Shown: positions 25,990-32,681 of the stretch, one piece after another
Numbering within the stretch: position 1 is the first letter of the stretch
How the letters are laid out: every line of letters begins with the position of its first letter
NCBI GenBank assembly: GCA_016208545.1
Contig: JACQXU010000048.1
Span: forward strand, 1-42,018
From: Candidatus Uhrbacteria bacterium
GTDB lineage: Bacteria > Patescibacteriota > Patescibacteriia > UBA9934 > GWF2-40-263
Reading direction: 5' to 3'
Length of the DNA stretch: 42,018 nucleotides
Notes under the pieces: model-generated
Database searches by the model: none
What the model saw: only the letters and a program-made list of their open reading frames with translations
What the model was told of the DNA's origin: nothing
Program-made: the position numbers and the translations under genes

Positions 25990-26718
25990 ATGCATCAAAG
26001 TTACAAAAAACTACTCGATGAACATCTCTCAAAAATTAAACCTTTTTTTGATGTAAATTTTCTTTCAACTCCAAATAAAAAAAATCCGCTCGTCAAATTT
26101 TCAAAAAAAATATCAGAAGACACACCATTATTGGTTCTAATGGCTGGATGTCACGGAGAAGAACCAGCACCAACTTTGTCGATATTTAAAAATTATAAAT
26201 TAATTTCAAATACTGCAAAAAAATATCATGTAAATCTTGTAATTTATCCACTTGTGAACCCTTGGGGATTCGACAGAAATAAACGCTTGAATAAAAAAAG
26301 TTTGAACTGTAATAGCAATTGGATTCATAAAAAAAATAATCAAATCGCAGATGAAGTTAAAATCATATCTAGAGATTTAAAAAAGCTGAAACCAAAAATT
26401 TTTGCCAGTATCCATGAAGATGATGAAACAAAAAAAGAATTCTACATTTTTTCTTTCGGGGAAAGAAAATACGAAAATCCAATATTAAAAATTGGGGGGA
26501 AATATTTCCCAATTTTACAAGATGGAAAATACGATGATATTGAGGTAATCAATGGTGTGGTTTATGATCGCCACGATGGATCTGCGGAAGATTTTATGTT
26601 TCACCGTGGCGTTAAATTTTCCTGTTGCTCGGAAACACCATCCAAACAATCTATTTCAAAAAGAATCAAATGCAATATAGACGTCATTTTAAAATTGATC
26701 GAAATAGCCTCTAAATAA
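25990..26718 (+). CDS. M14-like zinc carboxypeptidase / succinylglutamate-desuccinylase-like protein
   Basis: 242 aa. MAGCHGEEPAP (GxHGxE zinc-ligand pattern), SIHED and GSAEDF motifs. Very AT-rich: two 60-nt lines I counted are 28% GC. Confidence 0.55.
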   Translation: MHQSYKKLLDEHLSKIKPFFDVNFLSTPNKKNPLVKFSKKISEDTPLLVLMAGCHGEEPAPTLSIFKNYKLISNTAKKYHVNLVIYPLVNPWGFDRNKRLNKKSLNCNSNWIHKKNNQIADEVKIISRDLKKLKPKIFASIHEDDETKKEFYIFSFGERKYENPILKIGGKYFPILQDGKYDDIEVINGVVYDRHDGSAEDFMFHRGVKFSCCSETPSKQSISKRIKCNIDVILKLIEIASK

Positions 26719-26723
26719 TAATT

Positions 26724-27425
26724 TCACATATTCCCTTTCGCGATCACGATTCCCCACACGCGTTTCACGCCGTGCTCTTTCAAACATCGAGCCGCAGAGT
26801 CCATTGTCGCGCCAGAAGTAAATACGTCGTCACACAACACAACTTCATCTGGAAATTCGGCTAATTGCGAATTTATAGAAAATAGTCCATCCAGCTCCCC
26901 GAGTTTTCTAACTTCGTGCGATTTTTGCGCTTGCGATTTTGTTTGACGAGTTCGAATAAGCAAATCAAAAACAGGACGATTAAAAATCTGTCCGCACCAG
27001 TCTGCTAAAATCCCAGCTTGATCAAATCCTCGTTCGCGGCGTTTGAAAATATGAAGCGGAATCGGCGCAAAAACAAAATTTGAAAATGGCGGCTGAAGAG
27101 CTGGCGCGCCGCGAACCAACCAGCGGAATAAAATATCTTGCGCGGTTTTGTCACCAATATATTTCCATTGATGAATCGCTTCGCGAACAACTGGATTTCC
27201 GTAATGCGCAAAAACAGAAAGTCCGTCCAAAAAACTTTCGTCTCGACATTTGTCGCACACAAACGACATCGAACCTTTTCCGCAGAACGGGCAGTCAAAT
27301 CGAACCGGCGCTGGCCACCAAGTTGTTGAGCATGTTAAACACCAAAGGGTGCCCTCTGTGTGACACCCCAAACAAAATCTAGGAAAAAGAGATTCTATAA
27401 CCAATCTGCTGATGCGACTTTCCAT
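26724..27425 (-). CDS. comFC: ComF family protein (ComFC-type phosphoribosyltransferase-fold competence protein)
   Basis: N-terminal Cys4 zinc-finger pairs (CLGC..CLTC; CPFC..CDKC) and a PRTase motif (VVLCDDVFTSGATM). Its start overlaps the upstream ORF by 31 nt. Confidence 0.88.
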   Translation of the reverse strand: MESRISRLVIESLFPRFCLGCHTEGTLWCLTCSTTWWPAPVRFDCPFCGKGSMSFVCDKCRDESFLDGLSVFAHYGNPVVREAIHQWKYIGDKTAQDILFRWLVRGAPALQPPFSNFVFAPIPLHIFKRRERGFDQAGILADWCGQIFNRPVFDLLIRTRQTKSQAQKSHEVRKLGELDGLFSINSQLAEFPDEVVLCDDVFTSGATMDSAARCLKEHGVKRVWGIVIAKGNM

Positions 27426-27976
27426 ACACCTTCGATTCTAGCGAGTTCAAGCAAAATTTCTTGATTTTCAACACTAACATTTTGTGGCGAATCTTTTGCA
27501 ATCTCTCGCTGTGTGTTCAGACGTATTTCTGCCGTGCCATTTACTTCGTCCATTTTTTCAACATTAACGATAAGGACAATTGTTGTCACACCATAGTACG
27601 TTTCAGGAAGAGTTGAATTTTCGATCATGACTTCTGTTTCCTGTGCAAAAGTATCTGTCATGAGCGGAAGTACATCAATCAAATTTTGAAAATTTGCTTC
27701 ATTTGAATAACTCCCATATCGCTCAGTGAAAATTTTCGCAATCGTAATAGCGCCAGCCGATTGATTTCGCGTGTCTTGTTCCTGTTTGAGCTGTTGTTCT
27801 TTTAGAGTTGGTTCTGATTCTGTTGTTCCTTCGGTAGTTTGTGGCGTTTCAACCGATGGTTCTGTTGAAGGCGATTCATCTGACTTAAACAAAAACCATA
27901 ATAACCACAAAAGCAACAATAAAAGAACAATAATAATCAAACCAATAACTGTTAAGCGCATTTTTCGTGTTGTCAT
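27395..27976 (-). CDS. Membrane-anchored protein with an NTF2-like C-terminal domain, candidate VirB8/TcpC-like T4SS component
   Basis: 193 aa. One TM helix (LTVIGLIIIVLLLLLLWLLWFLF), a Ser/Thr/Glu/Pro-rich linker, then a domain of about 120 aa ending in EILLELARIEGVWKVASADWL, typical of NTF2/Tim44-like folds. ATGA overlap with the virB4 stop. The assignment is inference. Confidence 0.45.
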   Translation of the reverse strand: MTTRKMRLTVIGLIIIVLLLLLLWLLWFLFKSDESPSTEPSVETPQTTEGTTESEPTLKEQQLKQEQDTRNQSAGAITIAKIFTERYGSYSNEANFQNLIDVLPLMTDTFAQETEVMIENSTLPETYYGVTTIVLIVNVEKMDEVNGTAEIRLNTQREIAKDSPQNVSVENQEILLELARIEGVWKVASADWL

Positions 27977-29985
27977 AATACTTCTTTAGATTCTTTTTCA
28001 ATATCAAATTCCTCCGCTCCGCTTTGCGCAGGCTGAAGCCTGCGGCTACCGTCTTCTTTTGTCTCCTCCAGCTTTTTCTCCGCCTCATCAAATTCCTTTT
28101 TTGCTCGTTCAATTTCGATCAACTGCTGTGGACTAGTTGTAACAAGCTGATCTTCTGTGTACGAAGCAACAACTTTAATCGCCGCGTGTTTTTGTCCAGC
28201 AAAGAAAATCCCCTCACCAACTCCAGATTCGAGCAAAAGATATTTTTCTCCATCTGTTAAATTGAAAGTTTTTTGAATAAGTTCAACTGCAGACGGTGAT
28301 TGTTTGAGTAAAAGTTGAAGAGCAGAGTTCGTGACAATCGCCTGGCCATAAGGTGAACGCAAAAAGTCGTTTACATCTTGTGTGATTGTTGTAACACCGA
28401 GCCAATACTTTCGCGCGCGTTTAACAAGCGCGAAAATAAATTTTGCTGAATCTTCGTTTGTCATCAGCCACCATGCCTCATCAATCACGAGAATTCTTTT
28501 CTTGCGTTCACTGCGTGTAACATTCCAAATGTAATTTACGATAGTGTAAATTCCAACCGGCCGCAATTCATCTTCCAAATCTCGTACAGAAAAAACAACA
28601 AGCTGATTTTTCATTTCAACAGTCGTTGGAGAGTTGAGGAGTCCTGCAAACGTTCCATCAGTGTATTTTTTCAACCTCGCAACAATCGCTTCAGCGCCTT
28701 CCATTCCTTCCAAAACATCTTGGAAATCCTGCATAATAGGCGGTTCGATATCTGCAAGTGTTGTGAGATCTGCTGTAATATCTTTTTTCGCGTATGTTTC
28801 AATGAGCGCGCGATCGAGAATCGAATCTTCCTCTGGTGTAAATCCGAGTTTACCTTCTTCTCCAATCGGCGTGCCAATCATAATTCGAAGTAAACCTTTG
28901 AGAGTGATGACGGCACTTCGAATAATATCATCAACTTTGGTTCCCTCTCCCACAGCTCGCGGCAAATCAAATGGATTCACTTTAGCCTCTGACGCAAGAG
29001 AAACATTGATGTACGTTCCACCAACTGCGTCTGACAAATGTTTATATTCCATTTCCGGATCAATCACAATAACGTCGGTTCCCATCATGAGCGAACGCAA
29101 AATTTCCAGTTTGATAGCATAAGATTTTCCGGCTCCGGAAGTTGCAAACACAACTGAATTTGCATTTTGCAAACTAAAACGGTCAAACAAAATTAAAGAA
29201 TTGTTATGACGATTGATTCCAAAAAGAATTCCGTTGTCTGAAGTTAAATCTGAACTAATGAATGGAAAAGAAGCTGCGATCGGAGACGTGTTCATGTTGT
29301 AATTGATCACGAGCTCATCGTTTCCAAGCGGAACAGTTGAATTGAAACCTTGTTCAGCTTGATAAAATCCAGCTTTTGTATAAATAAGTTTGCTTCCAAA
29401 AATTGCTTCAACTTCTGAACTGAAACGATCAAGTTCTTCTTCGCTTTTGGCATAAATTGTAACGTAAAAAGCGAATTGAAAAAAATGCTCTATGCCTTGA
29501 GTGATCGCATCGCGCAGTGCTTCGATGTCGCGAAGCGCCGTTTCAGCAAGTGGATCTCGAGGTGCGCCTTTTTCCGCGCTTCCAAAAATTTGCGCTTCAA
29601 GAACACCAACTTTTTTCTGAAGCTGTTTGAGGATGATGTTTGCTTTGAGTGGATAAAAAAACATTGCAACATCAAATGTTTTGTTCAGATTGATGAGCGA
29701 CGCAGACCATCCGAGTCCGATGTGGCGAGGATATGTAATAATAAAAATCGTGCGCACATAAACTCCGGAAAGCAAAAGCGAACGTGGCCGAACTTCAAAC
29801 GCGGCCGGTGAAATGATGTCTTTCACTGTTACGACGCCTTTGTGATAAATGCGCTCCTCTTCAAGAAGTTCGCGCTCTTTTTTGAGCGCTACTTCTTCCG
29901 GTTTGACTTTCTGCTCTTTTGGCGGAGGAGGCGTTGGAAGTGATTCTTTAATTTTTCCGATTTCGATAGCCATATTATTAGTCAT
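27973..29985 (-). CDS. virB4: VirB4/TraC-like type IV secretion ATPase
   Basis: 670 aa. Walker A VFATSGAGKS, Walker B RILVIDEAWW, and a VirB4-like N-domain pattern (YVRTIFIITYPRHIGLGW). Confidence 0.88.
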   Translation of the reverse strand: MTNNMAIEIGKIKESLPTPPPPKEQKVKPEEVALKKERELLEEERIYHKGVVTVKDIISPAAFEVRPRSLLLSGVYVRTIFIITYPRHIGLGWSASLINLNKTFDVAMFFYPLKANIILKQLQKKVGVLEAQIFGSAEKGAPRDPLAETALRDIEALRDAITQGIEHFFQFAFYVTIYAKSEEELDRFSSEVEAIFGSKLIYTKAGFYQAEQGFNSTVPLGNDELVINYNMNTSPIAASFPFISSDLTSDNGILFGINRHNNSLILFDRFSLQNANSVVFATSGAGKSYAIKLEILRSLMMGTDVIVIDPEMEYKHLSDAVGGTYINVSLASEAKVNPFDLPRAVGEGTKVDDIIRSAVITLKGLLRIMIGTPIGEEGKLGFTPEEDSILDRALIETYAKKDITADLTTLADIEPPIMQDFQDVLEGMEGAEAIVARLKKYTDGTFAGLLNSPTTVEMKNQLVVFSVRDLEDELRPVGIYTIVNYIWNVTRSERKKRILVIDEAWWLMTNEDSAKFIFALVKRARKYWLGVTTITQDVNDFLRSPYGQAIVTNSALQLLLKQSPSAVELIQKTFNLTDGEKYLLLESGVGEGIFFAGQKHAAIKVVASYTEDQLVTTSPQQLIEIERAKKEFDEAEKKLEETKEDGSRRLQPAQSGAEEFDIEKESKEVL
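28026..28056. repeat. R1 palindromic repeat embedded in frame in the virB4 3' region
   Basis: gcgcaggctgaagcctgcggctaccgtcttc matches 35829-35859 in 30 of 31 positions. It is translated as EDGSRRLQPA. Confidence 0.9.
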
Positions 29986-30020
29986 TGAGTCGTGGAGTCA
30001 TGAAGTCGTCATGACTCAAC
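29986..30020. repeat. R3-type GAGTC-word palindromic repeat in the spacer upstream of virB4
   Basis: tgagtcgtggagtcatgaagtcgtcatgactca. It covers the 23-nt spacer and the stop codon of the upstream ORF. Confidence 0.75.
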
Positions 30021-30689
30021 TTGTATTTCTTCAAGACTTGCCAATTTTTCTTCTTCAAACACATCTGGATTATACACATTGTAATAAAGTTCGATCAGAC
30101 TTTGTGTATCCAAACGCGCTGACGCGAGCCCCATACTATTCAAAGCTCCTTGAATTATTTCAACACGTCGCAAAATTTGTTCAATGCGGTCGTCGAGCTG
30201 TTTTTGATTTAACTTTGCCGATGCGGCCGGCGACAAAGATTCTGACAAACGCGTCCAAAAATTTTTCCGTTTATTTGTTAGCGGATCGTACGGCAAAACC
30301 AGATAAAACCGTTTTTGCATAATCTGTCCGAGTTCAACAAGCTCGCCAACAAATGTGCGGTAATCTAAAATCTGCGCGCGCAAAAGATCGTTTTCTGTTT
30401 TCCGTTCCTGATCTTTAAGAGCGTTCATGTAACCATCAATGTTCATGCGCCGTGATTGAATTACAATCTGAACTGGATATTCAAGACTGTTCAAAAACGA
30501 CATGTAAGCTTGAATGATTGCTTCTTGTTCGTCTTCGGATTTGAGCGCGAAATTGATACTCGAAACCAACAAAACCGCGCGAACAGTTCCATCTTTTAAT
30601 ATCACCATATCATCGCGAATCTCTGCAATATCAAGAAAATTTACGGTTGTTGGTCCTGGTTTTGGTTTGGCAAGTTTTTTTGAAAACAT
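30009..30689 (-). CDS. VirB4 N-terminal-domain-like protein with no ATPase domain
   Basis: 226 aa. VNFLDIAEIRDDMVILKDGTVRAVLLVSSINFALKSEDEQ...YPVQIVIQSRR parallels the N-domain of the adjacent VirB4 (VTVKDIISPAAFEVRPRSLLLSGVYVRTIFIITYP...). No Walker motifs. Confidence 0.5.
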   Translation of the reverse strand: MFSKKLAKPKPGPTTVNFLDIAEIRDDMVILKDGTVRAVLLVSSINFALKSEDEQEAIIQAYMSFLNSLEYPVQIVIQSRRMNIDGYMNALKDQERKTENDLLRAQILDYRTFVGELVELGQIMQKRFYLVLPYDPLTNKRKNFWTRLSESLSPAASAKLNQKQLDDRIEQILRRVEIIQGALNSMGLASARLDTQSLIELYYNVYNPDVFEEEKLASLEEIQVES

Positions 30690-30694
30690 AATCG

Positions 30695-31126
30695 TTATTC
30701 TTCGGGTTGATAAATTCCGCCAGTATTCACAATTAAAGAAAGTTCATTTAATCGTGAAATAGAAATCGGGGCTTTGCGCGGCTGTATTTTTGGCAATTCC
30801 GGCGGAGCTTGTTTCATAAAAATTTTCAGTTCTGAATCGGAATATTTTTTATCCCAAATGCGCAATTTTGGTTTTTTGAATGTCTGGATGATGTTTAGAA
30901 GGAAATAATGAAAAACTTGGCCGTTGATTTTCGCAAACGCAACTGTTCCTGCGATGATCACAATCGGCACTCCAACAAGCAGAAACGGAACAAATGATAA
31001 AAGTTTGAACAATCCGAAATCCAAAAGTCCGGCGATCATAAGAATAATAAATTGCCGCGCCGTAATGGGCCCGAAAATTTTATCTTCTGCGTCAATAAAT
31101 TGTGGAACAACAAATTGGTCGGGCAT
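30695..31126 (-). CDS. PrgI/TcpE-like (VirB3-analogue) small membrane protein
   Basis: 143 aa. N-terminal FIDAEDKIFGPITARQFIILMIAGLL, then a second TM helix, which is the PrgI-family pattern of Gram-positive T4SS. Confidence 0.6.
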   Translation of the reverse strand: MPDQFVVPQFIDAEDKIFGPITARQFIILMIAGLLDFGLFKLLSFVPFLLVGVPIVIIAGTVAFAKINGQVFHYFLLNIIQTFKKPKLRIWDKKYSDSELKIFMKQAPPELPKIQPRKAPISISRLNELSLIVNTGGIYQPEE

Positions 31127-31127
31127 A

Positions 31128-32681
31128 TCAAAACCTTATTTCCGAATTCAACTTTATAAGTGCATCATACTCGACACGTTTCAAATCCCCAAGTTCTGCG
31201 TCGATTCCTTTTCCATTCAACAAAGCTTTTTGAGTTACTTCCATATATTGCCGATATAATGGACAAGCCCGAAATGCCTGCACACCTTGAACGCGTTTTT
31301 CATATCCTTGTTCTTCCAAAAGATCGAGCATATCTTTTAGACGAGAAATTGCCTGCAAAGGCTCATTTGACAATCGGCGAAAACGCTCTAAATCCATCGA
31401 ACGCAATTCATCAACCGGTCCAGATAGTCGCCGAGTAAATTGAACATCTTGAACAAGAGGTTTTGGGTGTTGGGTGTTGGGTTTTGTTTGCGGAATTATT
31501 TTTTCAATCGCTTGTTTCACTTTCTGTGCGTCAATTCGTTTTGCTTGTTGTTCCAAATGACTCTGTATTGAACCAGCCGCTGTCGCTCGCGCAAGCGGAG
31601 GCGCGGCAGGAACAACAGACTCTGTAGGAACTTTTCCAGTAACAGAAACGTAACGCCTATTTAATAACTGCGTTTCTTTGTGTTTCATTTGTTCCAATTT
31701 TTCAATCTCTTCTTGTTTTTGAATCTGTTTTTCCTGTCTTTCTTTCACGATTTCTTTTTGTTTGCGGTAATGGAATGCTTCAACATTCTGTTCGATGACT
31801 TGCGCAAGTTTTTCAAGCTCAATCCCCGCCATTCCAAGCCCGCCTCCTTCAACGGATTTTGCAAGCATTGCCCTTGTTTGCATTTTGTCGCGAACATTGT
31901 GAACTCGTGTTACAACAATTTCTCGACAACGCTCTTTCAAAAATGGATCTTCCATAACGCTGGAAATCTCAAGACAAATTTTTGCAACCGCTTCGTCAAG
32001 AGAACTGATTGTCGGCTGTAAAATTTCATTGCGCGTTTCAATTACTTTTTTAATTTCCTCTTCATCTTTTTTTCCAAATGTATCGAGGCTTGGCGCGCGA
32101 AAAAATTCTCGATCAAATTTCTCTATAGTTTCTCGCGCAAACTGCTGATCCATTTCAAGACCAGCCAATTTGAATGGACGGCTTAGAAATTCAATCGTCT
32201 CTTCTTTTGATCGTTTCTTTTCTAAATAATCAAGTATGATTCTTTCAAGTCTGTGAAGTTTTTGCGGCTCAAGATCTTCAACAAATTTTGCGACGAATGC
32301 TCGAACCTGAATTTCTGGATTCATGGCAGTGGTTTGCGTTGTCGTGGTTTGATTCCAATTGCGAACACGATCGCGAAGTCCTGGAACTTGATCAAAAATC
32401 GGCGCAAAAATCCGGACAGTTACAACTGAAAATAAATCAATGATTCTTTCTTCTGACAATTCCAAACGCTCTTTCAAACTTTTTTTTAGTTCATATTCTG
32501 AATAATCACCTGACACAAAACGAAAAATATCAGCACCAAGCAAAGGAATTTGTTCTAGGCTTAACCCAAACTCTGTCGCGATCCGTCGTTCTTGCTCGGT
32601 TACCTCTGTTGAAAAAAAGTATTCCGCGACATCCGGCGGCAAAAATAATTTTGTTTGAGATGTTTGAGTTGGATCGATCAT
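31128..32681 (-). CDS. Hypothetical protein (517 aa, helical and charged) inside the T4SS-like operon
   Basis: Long ORF. ATGA overlap with the upstream gene, and 1-nt spacing to the downstream gene. No recognisable motif. Contains an in-frame 7-bp tandem repeat at 31464-31484. Confidence 0.6.
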   Translation of the reverse strand: MIDPTQTSQTKLFLPPDVAEYFFSTEVTEQERRIATEFGLSLEQIPLLGADIFRFVSGDYSEYELKKSLKERLELSEERIIDLFSVVTVRIFAPIFDQVPGLRDRVRNWNQTTTTQTTAMNPEIQVRAFVAKFVEDLEPQKLHRLERIILDYLEKKRSKEETIEFLSRPFKLAGLEMDQQFARETIEKFDREFFRAPSLDTFGKKDEEEIKKVIETRNEILQPTISSLDEAVAKICLEISSVMEDPFLKERCREIVVTRVHNVRDKMQTRAMLAKSVEGGGLGMAGIELEKLAQVIEQNVEAFHYRKQKEIVKERQEKQIQKQEEIEKLEQMKHKETQLLNRRYVSVTGKVPTESVVPAAPPLARATAAGSIQSHLEQQAKRIDAQKVKQAIEKIIPQTKPNTQHPKPLVQDVQFTRRLSGPVDELRSMDLERFRRLSNEPLQAISRLKDMLDLLEEQGYEKRVQGVQAFRACPLYRQYMEVTQKALLNGKGIDAELGDLKRVEYDALIKLNSEIRF

